From Azoarcus sp. (lineage in GTDB: Bacteria > Pseudomonadota > Gammaproteobacteria > Burkholderiales > Rhodocyclaceae), in NCBI GenBank assembly GCA_031258965.1, contig JAIRMC010000033.1, positions 982 to 64,981 of the forward strand: a DNA stretch of 64,000 nt, in the 5' to 3' direction. A model generated the notes under the pieces. It did not search any database and had not been told where the DNA came from. It saw only the letters and a list, made by a program, of their open reading frames with translations. This document shows, in pieces, positions 32,319 through 41,544 of this stretch. The number at the start of each line of letters is the position of its first letter. Position 1 is the first letter of the stretch. The position numbers were made by a program, and so were the translations under genes.

Positions 32319-33671
32319 TCAGTCCTCCGTCAGCGCCAGCCGGGCGCGGTCGCGCAGCGGCTTGAACAGATAACTCATCAGCGTGCGCTCCCCCGTCTTG
32401 ACGAAGGCCGTCACCGGCATGCCCGGCTGTAACAACAGCCCCGGCAGCGCCTCGCGCCCCCGCAAGTCGTCCACATCGATTTCCACGTGGTAATAAGGCA
32501 TGCCCTGCGGGTCTTCCAGCCGGTCTGCCGAAACCGTCCTCACCGTGCCCGGCAGCCTGGGCGTGGACGCGCGATTGAAGGCCGCGAATTCCAGCTCCAC
32601 CGGCTGCCCGGCATGCACCTTGTCTACCGACTGCACGGCCAACTTGCCTTCCACCCGCAGCGGCTGATCCGACGGTACGATCTCCATCAGCGTCTGCCCG
32701 GCGCTGACCACGCCGCCCTGGGTAAACACCGCCAGCCCGGCCACCACGCCCGCCGACGGCGCCGCGATTTGAGTGTTCGCCACCTCGTATTGGGCGCTGT
32801 CCAGCCTCGAAAGCAAATCCGCCGTGCGCGTGCGCGTTTCCGCCAGCGCTGTGCGCAGCTCCTTCTGGTAATCCTCGCGCTGCCGGGTCAGGCGCAGCCG
32901 GTATTCCCGCACCTGTTCTTGCAGCAAGCCCAAACGGCCTTCGTCATCGGCAATGGAAGCGTCCAATTGCAAGAACTGCCGCTCCGATTCGAACAAGCGG
33001 TTGCGCGCCAACAGTTCGTCATCGGCCAGGGAACGCTGGCCCGCAAGCTGGCGCTCGAAAGTCACGCGCTGCTCGCGCCGCGATTGCAAGATGCGTTGCA
33101 GGCTGTCGCGCTGCTCGCGCGCGCCGCCCAAGGCGGCCTCCATCCCGCCCAGCGTGGCCTGCTGGGCGCTGCGGCGGCTGTCGAACAACTGCTGTTGCGA
33201 CTGGACGATCTCGACCGCCTGCGGGCTGCCCTCGCGCTCGGCCCGCAACAGCCGTTCATCGAAACGGATATGCGCCAGCCCATCGCGCTCGGCCGCCAGA
33301 CGGTTTTCCGCCGCCAAGCTGCTCAAGTACTGGAAGCGCAACGAATCGAGCTGGTTGGCCGCCACCGTCGGCTCCAACTCCACCAGCACCTGGCCTTCCC
33401 GCACCGCCTCGCCCTCGACCGCCAAGATGCGCCGCACCTTGCCGCCCGCGACCGGCTGCACCGCCTTCCGGTTGCCGCTCACCACCACCTTGGCGTCCAC
33501 CGGCACGCCCGCATCCAGCGGCGCCAGCGCCGCCCAGGCCGTGAAGCCCGCCACCCCCGCCAGCACGACCAGCCAGCCCAGGCGCACGTAATGCCCCTCG
33601 TCCACCGACAGCGGATCGCCCCGCGCGCCGCCGTCCAACGACTGCCTATCCAGGCTCAGTTCCGCACCCAT
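32319..33671 (-). CDS. Type I secretion membrane fusion protein (HlyD/HasE/PrtE family)
   Basis: WAALAPLDAGV, GNRKAVQPVAGG, IAAPSAGVV, LQPGMPV and ERTLMSYLFKP motifs. True start at MGAELS; the ORF-track N-terminal extension overlaps the ABC gene. Confidence 0.93.
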   Translation of the reverse strand: MGAELSLDRQSLDGGARGDPLSVDEGHYVRLGWLVVLAGVAGFTAWAALAPLDAGVPVDAKVVVSGNRKAVQPVAGGKVRRILAVEGEAVREGQVLVELEPTVAANQLDSLRFQYLSSLAAENRLAAERDGLAHIRFDERLLRAEREGSPQAVEIVQSQQQLFDSRRSAQQATLGGMEAALGGAREQRDSLQRILQSRREQRVTFERQLAGQRSLADDELLARNRLFESERQFLQLDASIADDEGRLGLLQEQVREYRLRLTRQREDYQKELRTALAETRTRTADLLSRLDSAQYEVANTQIAAPSAGVVAGLAVFTQGGVVSAGQTLMEIVPSDQPLRVEGKLAVQSVDKVHAGQPVELEFAAFNRASTPRLPGTVRTVSADRLEDPQGMPYYHVEIDVDDLRGREALPGLLLQPGMPVTAFVKTGERTLMSYLFKPLRDRARLALTED

Positions 33672-35443
33672 GTTCCCTCCCTGCGCTGCGCAAGATTCAT
33701 TGCCGGCAAGGGCATGATCCGGTTCGGCGGCGGCTGGGGCGCGGCCGCGCGCTGCATGCGTTGCAGCATCTCGGCCAGCGGGCCGAAATCGACCTGCGTC
33801 CCGGCATGGAGCGTCAGCAACTTGTCCGCTTGTTGCAGAATATTGGGCTTGTGCGTAATCACCACCAGCGTAATGCCCGCCTGCTTGACGCGGCCAATGG
33901 CTTGCGCCAGCGCCGCCTCGCCCGCCTCGTCCAGATTGGCGTTGGGTTCGTCCAGCACCACCAGGCACGGCTCGCCGAACAACGCCCGCGCCAGCCCCAC
34001 GCGCTGCCGCTGCCCGCCCGAGAGGCCCATGCCGTTCTCGCCCAGACGGCTCTGGTACCCCTCGGGCAATTGCAGGATCAACTCATGTACCCCCGCCATC
34101 CGCGCGGCGGCGATCACTTTCCGCTCGTCCATCTCGCCGAAGCGGGCGATGTTCTCGGCCACCGTGCCCGCGAACAATTGCACCTCCTGCGGCAGATAGC
34201 CGACCAGTGCGCCGAGCGCCCCAGGCCGCCATTGATCCAGCGGCGCGCCGTCGAGCCGCACCTTGCCGCGCAACGGCGGCCAAGCATTGACCAGGCAGCG
34301 CGCCAGCGTAGTCTTGCCCGCGCCCGAAGGGCCGATCACCGCCAGCGTCTCGCCCGCGTCCAGCCGGAAGTCGATGCCGTGCAACACCGGCTGGGTCTGG
34401 CTGGGCGGGGCGGCCAGCAACTGCTCCACCGCCAGCGCGCCGCTAGGCCGGGGGAAATCCATGCCCTGGGCCAACGGCGGAAAATCCGCCAGCAGCAGGC
34501 TCAGGCGGCGTTCCGCCTCCTTCACGTTCGTCCATTGGCGCAAGGCGCTGATCACCTGGTCGATGGGGGCCAGCGCCCGGCCCAGCAGAATGGAACCGGC
34601 GATCATCATGCCCGCCGTCATCTCGTGGCGCAGCGTCAGCCAAGCGCCCAGCCCCAGCGTGAGCGACTGCACCGCCAGGCGCAGCGCCTTGTTCCCGCCC
34701 TGGATTTTCGCCATGCGGGCGCTGGCCAGGTTCTGCTCGCGCACATAGGCCAAATGCTGCCCGGCCCAGCGTTGGCGCAGGCTGCCCAGCATGCCCATGG
34801 CCGCGATGGCCTCGGCATTGCGCAGGTTGGCGCTGGCATCGCGGCGCGAGGCGATGGCAAGCTCCCCCGCCTTTTGCAGATGCGGGCGGCTCACCCGCTC
34901 GTTGAACCAGCCCACGCCCATCAGCAGCAGCGTACCGCCCAGGGCGAACCAACCCAGCAGCGGATGAAAATAAAACATCACGAGCAGATAGACCGGAAAC
35001 CATGGCGCGTCGAACAGCGCGAACAGCGCGCTCCCCGTGGCGAACTGGCGCAATTGCTGCAAATCCTCCAACGGCTGGGCGGCGTTCAACTGGCCTGTCT
35101 TGAGGTTCGCGCTGAAAGCGGCGTCGAACACCCTCGGCGCCAGCCTGCGGTCGAACCCCGTGCTCAAGCGCAGCAACACCAGGCTGCGCACCCACTCCAG
35201 CCCGCCCAGGAAGACATACAACATCAGCAGGATGAGCGTGAGCATCAGCAGCGTCATTTCGTTGCCGGAAGCCAGCACGCGGTCGTAGACCTGCAACATG
35301 TAGAGCGCCGGGGCGAGCATCAGCAAGTTGACGACGCCCGAGAACACGCCGATGTGCGCGAAACCGCGCTTGTAGGCCAGCAGGGCGCGGGCCAGCTCGC
35401 CGCGCGCGTCCCCCGCCGGACGGGGTTCATCCATCGTCGCCAC
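33656..35443 (-). CDS. Type I secretion ABC transporter (PrtD/HasD/AprD family)
   Basis: NLLMLAPALYMLQVYDRVL family signature, LFDAPWFP, Walker A GPSGAGKT, LSGGQRQR and LDEPNANLD; no C39 peptidase domain. Confidence 0.95.
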   Translation of the reverse strand: MATMDEPRPAGDARGELARALLAYKRGFAHIGVFSGVVNLLMLAPALYMLQVYDRVLASGNEMTLLMLTLILLMLYVFLGGLEWVRSLVLLRLSTGFDRRLAPRVFDAAFSANLKTGQLNAAQPLEDLQQLRQFATGSALFALFDAPWFPVYLLVMFYFHPLLGWFALGGTLLLMGVGWFNERVSRPHLQKAGELAIASRRDASANLRNAEAIAAMGMLGSLRQRWAGQHLAYVREQNLASARMAKIQGGNKALRLAVQSLTLGLGAWLTLRHEMTAGMMIAGSILLGRALAPIDQVISALRQWTNVKEAERRLSLLLADFPPLAQGMDFPRPSGALAVEQLLAAPPSQTQPVLHGIDFRLDAGETLAVIGPSGAGKTTLARCLVNAWPPLRGKVRLDGAPLDQWRPGALGALVGYLPQEVQLFAGTVAENIARFGEMDERKVIAAARMAGVHELILQLPEGYQSRLGENGMGLSGGQRQRVGLARALFGEPCLVVLDEPNANLDEAGEAALAQAIGRVKQAGITLVVITHKPNILQQADKLLTLHAGTQVDFGPLAEMLQRMQRAAAPQPPPNRIMPLPAMNLAQRREGTWVRN

Positions 35444-35664
35444 TTTTCCAGCCCTCCACGGAAAAAACCTTTCACCCCCCGCTTGGGCGGGGAATGTGGA
35501 AAACCCGCATTTGCGGGCGCTTCCGGGAGTCGCTAGAATGCGCGGCTTCCGGAAAGGGGGGACTGGCGTGAAGCCATGCCAGCCCCGGGAAAATCCGGTC
35601 GAAGCGGCGATCTCTCTTGCCAGGAAACACCGCCTCGCCGGATGAACTGCTTATTTCTGGAACG

Positions 35665-35696
35665 CCAGCGTCATGCTGATTCCAGAATGACGCTGG
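35665..35696. other. 10-bp perfect stem-loop just downstream of the HasA-like gene
   Basis: CCAGCGTCAT-N12-ATGACGCTGG, starting 3 nt past the stop codon; no U-tract on the coding strand. Confidence 0.6.
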
Positions 35697-35699
35697 TTG

Positions 35700-36527
35700 T
35701 CACGCTGCCAGCAGATCGTTGCAACCGCAATCGCAGCAAGGGCAGCAAGCGATGACACCGTCTGCGACATAATCACCGGCCTCGTTGTAGTAAGTGATCG
35801 ACACGCCAGTACCAACCAACGCGGCATTGATGCTCGCCCAAGGGTCAGTAATATCGGAACCACGCGATTCCAGATACTTGTCCAGCACGAACTCGAAGGC
35901 TTGGACGGTGGTGTTGTCGAACGCCAACCCGTAAAGCACGGCGGAGTTCAGCGTGGCTGCGGCATAGATGCCCGCATTCGCCAGGATGCTGTTACCGTTA
36001 TCGTCTACCAGCAACGAAGCAGCGATGGCGCTATTGCCGTCGGTCACGCTGAACTCGCTGACCGCCACCGCATCCACCGCGATGTTGAAGCCAGTGACTA
36101 CCAGCAGGGACTCATAAGCGTCGAACGTCGCCAGGGTTGCGCACTTCGGGGACGGGTTATAGTCGCCGACCGGCGTGTAACCGAGATACAGGGTATCCAG
36201 ATCGCCGGTGGTCACGAACGTATACAACTCAGCTACATTGTCGTAGGTCGTATCCCAAGAAAATCCTTCGGCAGAATTCACCAGGAACTTCCCACCGCCA
36301 TTTCCAGGCGTGACGTGATCCACCCCTTGGCCCGCATACCAGTTGAAATCATAGATTTCATAGGTGGGCGGCGTTGCAGTGGGATCGTAGATGCCGCTAC
36401 CGGAGTGATAGCCGCAATCCTCAACGCCAGCCGCCCAAATGGAGCCGATGTAGTCCGAGTTATAAGCGTTGATCTCGGTTTGGTCGTAAATACCCCGCCA
36501 CGCGGTGGTATCAGTTTGCAAAGACAT
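35700..36527 (-). CDS. Divergent HasA (hemophore)-like secreted protein, 275 aa, with a Cys-rich tail; probable T1SS substrate
   Basis: No signal peptide; acidic and rich in Gly/Thr/Tyr. GDLDTLYLG and VLYGLAF resemble HasA GQLDSLSFG and VVYGLMSG. C-terminal DLLAA resembles the HasA ELLAA export motif. Strong AGGAG RBS; lies between receptor and T1SS genes as in has operons. Confidence 0.7.
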   Translation of the reverse strand: MSLQTDTTAWRGIYDQTEINAYNSDYIGSIWAAGVEDCGYHSGSGIYDPTATPPTYEIYDFNWYAGQGVDHVTPGNGGGKFLVNSAEGFSWDTTYDNVAELYTFVTTGDLDTLYLGYTPVGDYNPSPKCATLATFDAYESLLVVTGFNIAVDAVAVSEFSVTDGNSAIAASLLVDDNGNSILANAGIYAAATLNSAVLYGLAFDNTTVQAFEFVLDKYLESRGSDITDPWASINAALVGTGVSITYYNEAGDYVADGVIACCPCCDCGCNDLLAA

Positions 36528-36606
36528 GACGTCTTCTCCTTGTTACGAGCCGGACGCCACTCCGGCCAATAGTTGCTCCAACCCCCATGGCTGAAGCGGC
36601 AAAAAC

Positions 36607-39486
36607 TCAGAACCGGTATTCCAGACTGGCCGTAAAGGTACGACCCGGATAGAAGTTGTAACCGAACGTGGTTGGCGTGGCCTCCATCTGGTCGGTGAGG
36701 TTGGCCAGATAGACGCCAATTTTCAACTGATCGTTGAATCGGTAATTGGCGAACAAATCCAGCTTGATGACCCGGGGCCAGAGCTTGGCGACAAGAAAAT
36801 CGTCCTCGTCCGGCAACGAATCTAAAGAACTATTGGCGGCATTGTTGCCAGACTGATATTTCGGGACATACCAATAAGAGGCGCGCTGCCTGCCGCGATA
36901 ATGTACGGTACCGCCCATCTCCAGTCTTCCTGCATAGGGCGTCAGCGCGGCGGTCAGGCTGGCGCGGACAGGCTCGATCAGACTGGTTTCCATCCAGTTC
37001 CAGCCGGAATAGCATATCTTCTGGCCCTTGCCTATCGATGTTGTAGTGGTAGTGCCATCGGCTGTGGTTGAGGTATAAGCCCCGCCGGGCGCCTGCCAAC
37101 TGCACATCTTGTTGTCGTGGCGCAGCGGCACGGTCAGATTGCCGCGCACATAAAACAGCGGCTGGCGATAGGCTAGGTTCAACTCGAAGCCCTGGCGGAT
37201 CACCGGTTCCAGATTATTGACATTGGCGACACTGCCATGACTCTCCACTACGCCATCGGCCAGAATGATGGGGCCGTAAGCAATGTAATTACGGATGCGG
37301 TTGCGGTAGAAATTGATGCCCAGATCAAATTGATCATTCCGCGCCAGCCAGTTCTCGCGTTTGTAATTCAGGCCAAGCTGGAAAGACAGGTTTTTTTCCG
37401 GCTCCAGATCAGGATTGGCAAAGAAAGTTTGTCTCATCCATGCGCCGTTGATGTACATTTCGTTGCTGGTGGGCGCTCTTTCATCATAGGCGACACTGCC
37501 ATAGACGCTCGCACCGCTGCCCGGATGAGTGTATTGCAACGCGAAATTGGCCGATTTCAGATCGTAGCGGTGCTTCTGGTCGTCGAAAATCCAGCGTGTA
37601 TTACCACTATTGGGGTCGATATAAAAGTCATGGGAGTGTTCGGCTGCCATCTCCTGGGCCTTTACCCTGATTGTAGTGGATGAAGAACACCATGCATGTT
37701 TGGGCTCCGGCATCTGCAAGCATTCCGCTCTCAAAATCTCACGATAATGTGCCCAACTATATACACTGCCCTCTCCGGAGATATTCCCGGTTCTGTACCT
37801 CGGCGAAAGGATGTCCATCGACACGCGCTGCCAGCCAATACCCACGCTGGCCTGCCAGGGGGCATTGCCCTCGGTGCTCAACGCCAGCGCCAAGCCCATG
37901 GTGTCGCTGCGGGAGTTCGGGTCCCATTCCATTTTTGTATACGACAACCCTTGATCTGCCAGATGTTGCTGATACCATTCCTCCTCGGTCAGGCTATCGA
38001 CATCTTTCTTGGCACGCCGTAATTCCAGCCCGGCATCCAGGCGCAAAGGGCCGATTGCTGGCACATCGAAATGACTGGCGTTGGCGAGTTTCAAGCCGCT
38101 GGAACCATTCTCGACGTCATAATGCAGATCCTCTCCCATGGCGTAAGATCCCGGTATGCCTGTCCAGCCTTGTTTGCGCGTCTGCTTTTCGTGATAGAGC
38201 TGTACTTCCGGGTTGAGCCATTTTGAAAAGGCCGCCTTGTATTTCAGGCTGATTACCTGGCTATCAAGTTCCGTTCTGACATTCCATCTGTGCTTACCCC
38301 AGTAAGCATTCCCGCCATCCGCTGGCACCCATATCGACGGCTCCTGATCGGTCTGGAAGCGGGCGCGGCTGGCCGTGGCGAAAAATTCCAGGCTCTGCTC
38401 GTAAGCGTCGTTGAAGTAATGGCGCAGACGCAGCATCTGGGATTCGTTTTTCTTCTCCGTGCCCACCAGAGGGGATTTGCTGGCATCTTTCAGCCATTTC
38501 AACTGCTCCGCGGTGAACTGACAATTGTTGAAACCATCCTGAAATCCTCTTGAAGCGCCTAATATCCCCAGATAACGGCAATTACTTTGCTCTTGTTGCT
38601 GTGTTTTACCATCGTTTAAGAAATAATTAATCTTCCGTGAATGGGCATCGCGTAACATTTCCTTGCTGTTCATATTACTGCCAATACGGTAAGGATCATT
38701 TTCACTGCTGGCTGCTCCCAGCATGAAATCCCATCTCTCGGAGCGCCCTCCCACAAAGACCGAGCCGGAAGGTTTGTGCCCGTTCGCGTATTTACTGAAG
38801 CCAGTGGAAAGGCGGATCATGCCGCCCAGGTTCTTGCCGGGGCGCAGGACGTCATCCAGGTCGAGATACCGGAAGTTGACCGAACTGCCCAGGCTGCCCA
38901 AGACGCCTGTCCCGGTACTCGTTCCTCTTGTGACATCAATGTTTCTCAAAAACTGCGGATCGATGAGCAAGGAGCCGGTTTGTCCAATGTCTTTTGTAAA
39001 GGCGTGGAAATTCTGCGTAATCCCTTCCAGTTGCTGCGACACCCGCCCATGCCCGGCGATGCCCTGCACGCCGACGGACACTTCCGGGCGGGCATAGAGG
39101 CTGTTCATGGATGTGCCGGAAATCTGGTCGATCACGTCGCTCATGTGGCTGGCGTTGCGCCGCTCGATGTCTTCCTTGCTCGCCCCGCTGGCGTTGCCGA
39201 TGGCTTTCTTTTTTTCTTCTTCCGCCGCGCCGCTCACTTCCACGCCTTCAAGGATCGTCTCATCGCCAGAGGCCGCTTCATCGACGGCGGCTGGCCGCGA
39301 GGCGTTTTCTTGTTCCACCGCCGCCGGAACTTCCTGCGCCAGCGCCTGCTGCCCGCCCAGTATCAGGGCCACCGCAAGCCACGAACCCGCCCGGCCAAAG
39401 CGCGCGTTTCCCGCCTTCCGGGCGCTTTCCGTTGCTGAAAAAGAACATGCCCTTGCCCATCGCCAACCCCCATCTTTCCCGAACAT
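36607..39486 (-). CDS. TonB-dependent outer membrane receptor, HasR/heme-receptor-like
   Basis: Signal peptide ending QQALA, TonB box ETILEGVEV, plug GRV...QNF...IDP, ERAP...NPDLEPE (FRAP/NPNL-like) and C-terminal Phe (LEYRF). Start at MFGKDG after a GAGG RBS. Confidence 0.92.
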   Translation of the reverse strand: MFGKDGGWRWARACSFSATESARKAGNARFGRAGSWLAVALILGGQQALAQEVPAAVEQENASRPAAVDEAASGDETILEGVEVSGAAEEEKKKAIGNASGASKEDIERRNASHMSDVIDQISGTSMNSLYARPEVSVGVQGIAGHGRVSQQLEGITQNFHAFTKDIGQTGSLLIDPQFLRNIDVTRGTSTGTGVLGSLGSSVNFRYLDLDDVLRPGKNLGGMIRLSTGFSKYANGHKPSGSVFVGGRSERWDFMLGAASSENDPYRIGSNMNSKEMLRDAHSRKINYFLNDGKTQQQEQSNCRYLGILGASRGFQDGFNNCQFTAEQLKWLKDASKSPLVGTEKKNESQMLRLRHYFNDAYEQSLEFFATASRARFQTDQEPSIWVPADGGNAYWGKHRWNVRTELDSQVISLKYKAAFSKWLNPEVQLYHEKQTRKQGWTGIPGSYAMGEDLHYDVENGSSGLKLANASHFDVPAIGPLRLDAGLELRRAKKDVDSLTEEEWYQQHLADQGLSYTKMEWDPNSRSDTMGLALALSTEGNAPWQASVGIGWQRVSMDILSPRYRTGNISGEGSVYSWAHYREILRAECLQMPEPKHAWCSSSTTIRVKAQEMAAEHSHDFYIDPNSGNTRWIFDDQKHRYDLKSANFALQYTHPGSGASVYGSVAYDERAPTSNEMYINGAWMRQTFFANPDLEPEKNLSFQLGLNYKRENWLARNDQFDLGINFYRNRIRNYIAYGPIILADGVVESHGSVANVNNLEPVIRQGFELNLAYRQPLFYVRGNLTVPLRHDNKMCSWQAPGGAYTSTTADGTTTTTSIGKGQKICYSGWNWMETSLIEPVRASLTAALTPYAGRLEMGGTVHYRGRQRASYWYVPKYQSGNNAANSSLDSLPDEDDFLVAKLWPRVIKLDLFANYRFNDQLKIGVYLANLTDQMEATPTTFGYNFYPGRTFTASLEYRF

Positions 39487-39741
39487 CAGTTTGACCTCAT
39501 CCATGAGTACGAACGTAAATGCCAATGAGAGGCAATTACCTGATTGAACAAAACCCCTACCCCGATGGCTGCGATAGATCAATGTCAGCCGATGGCAAGC
39601 TTGACGGAAATTTGTCAACCTCGCTAACGGTTTCCGGGAAAAACTTGACTATTCGGGAATTTTTATTTCAGTATTGGCAATATCACGAGTCATCGCCGCC
39701 GAAGGCGCGGCGGCGGGCTTGGAACGGTGCAATGAGCCGCT

Positions 39742-41544
39742 TCACGAAATCGCGGTCTTCCACGGGCTTTCTTCTTCTTGTCTGCCCGCGCGCCAAGCCT
39801 TGACGCTTTGTTGCGCGCGCCACATGCGCGCATAGCGGCCCGCGCGCGCCAGCAGCTCGGCGTGCCGGCCCGCTTCGACAATCCGTCCGCCATCGATGAC
39901 TAGTATCTGGTCGGCGGCGGCGATGGTGGACAGCCGGTGCGCGATGACGATTACCGTGCGATCACGCACCAGCGCGTCGATGGCCGCCTGCACGGCGACT
40001 TCGCTTTCGCTGTCCAGCGCGGCGGTCGGCTCGTCCAGGATCACAATGGGCGCATTCTTGAGCATGGCGCGGGCGATGCTGATGCGTTGACGCTCGCCGC
40101 CCGACAGACGAGCGCCGATGTCGCCGGCGCGGGTCTGGTATCCCTCGGGCAGGCGAGCGATGAACTCATGACAATGGGCAGCGCGCGCGGCGGCTTCTAT
40201 TTCTTCATCCGTTGCTTCGGGACAGGCCATGCGGATGTTGGCGAGGATGCTGTCGTCGAACAGGTATACGTCCTGGAACACCACGGAGATCAACGCATCG
40301 AGCCGTTCGGCGGGTATGGCGCGTACATCCACGCCGCCGATGGTGACGCGCCCGGCCTGCGGGTCGGCATGGCGCATCAGTAAACGCGCCGCCGTGGTCT
40401 TGCCCGACCCCGAAGGCCCCACCAGCGCGGTCAGGCTGCGCGCGGGCAGCTTGGCGCACAAATCATGCAGCGTGGGTTCGCCGGCCCTGGCATAGCGGAA
40501 GCTCACGCCCTCGAAGGCCACATCGAAAGCCTGCGGCGCCTGGATCGGCGTCTGGCGCGGCAAGGGGGCAATGACCAACATGGCGTTGATCTTGCCCAAC
40601 GCCGCTTCGATCGAGTCGATGACTTTGGTGTACAGCACGAAGCAACCCAGCGGTTCGCCAAAACGCACTGCGATCACCATCAACGCGGCCAGGACGGCAA
40701 TGTCCAGCGTGCCCCGCACGACAAACAGGGCGCCCGCGAACACGACTAGCAGGATCGCCAGCTCCATCACCGTGGCCAGCGCCAGATTGGGCTTGGCCCC
40801 CTTTTTCTGGCCGATGGTCTGGACGGTTTCCAGATGCTTGAAACCCGCTTGCAGTTTCATGGCCTGCTCGCCGACACAACAGGCGGCGCGCAACACCGGC
40901 AGGCCCTGGGTGTATTCCAGGATGTCGCTGGCGGTGCGTTCGTTGGCATCAGCCAGCATGCGCATGCCGCGCCCAAACGCGGGACGACGCCAGCGGTACA
41001 GCGGAATCAGCAGCGGGAACGCCAGCAACAGGATCAGGCCCATGCGCCAATCAAAGTACAGCGCCGCCAAGGCCGCCGCCACGGGTGTTATCAAGGCGGT
41101 AGCCATCATGTTGGCGATGGTCAGGATATAGCTCAGCGTTTCGTCCACGTTGCCCAGCAGCGTCGCGTTGACGCCGCCCGCGCGCTTGTCCTGTAGCACT
41201 TCCAGCGGAATGCGGCGCAACTGCTCGCCAAGTTCGGTGCGCAGTTCGTGCGTGTTGTGCACCATGTCGCCCCGGTAATCGAACCCCTGCGCCCACCAGC
41301 GGATGGCCGTGCTCGCCAGCATCATCGCCGTCATCGCCAGCAGCCAGGGCAGCGCGGCGCGCCCATCCGGCGCCGGAATCCGCGCCTGGAACAGCGGTAT
41401 CAGGCAGGCCAGCGCTAAACCCTGCACGGCGGCTGCCACGGCCAGGCCAGCCAGGCTGGCGCGCAGCCGGGGCGCGCGGCCGCGCGCGATCTTCATCAAC
41501 CGATGCCAGGTCTCGCGCAGCGGGGTAATGCGTGTTTCGTTCAT
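39742..41544 (-). CDS. Siderophore import ABC half-transporter (YbtQ/IrtB-like)
   Basis: Fused TMD and NBD, GPSGSGKT, LSGGERQR and LDEPTAALD; paired with a second half-transporter. Confidence 0.9.
   Translation of the reverse strand: MNETRITPLRETWHRLMKIARGRAPRLRASLAGLAVAAAVQGLALACLIPLFQARIPAPDGRAALPWLLAMTAMMLASTAIRWWAQGFDYRGDMVHNTHELRTELGEQLRRIPLEVLQDKRAGGVNATLLGNVDETLSYILTIANMMATALITPVAAALAALYFDWRMGLILLLAFPLLIPLYRWRRPAFGRGMRMLADANERTASDILEYTQGLPVLRAACCVGEQAMKLQAGFKHLETVQTIGQKKGAKPNLALATVMELAILLVVFAGALFVVRGTLDIAVLAALMVIAVRFGEPLGCFVLYTKVIDSIEAALGKINAMLVIAPLPRQTPIQAPQAFDVAFEGVSFRYARAGEPTLHDLCAKLPARSLTALVGPSGSGKTTAARLLMRHADPQAGRVTIGGVDVRAIPAERLDALISVVFQDVYLFDDSILANIRMACPEATDEEIEAAARAAHCHEFIARLPEGYQTRAGDIGARLSGGERQRISIARAMLKNAPIVILDEPTAALDSESEVAVQAAIDALVRDRTVIVIAHRLSTIAAADQILVIDGGRIVEAGRHAELLARAGRYARMWRAQQSVKAWRAGRQEEESPWKTAIS

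Noticed and set aside
39505-39545. Second Fur box upstream of the receptor
   Set aside because: Best match is about 11/19 to the consensus; insufficient.
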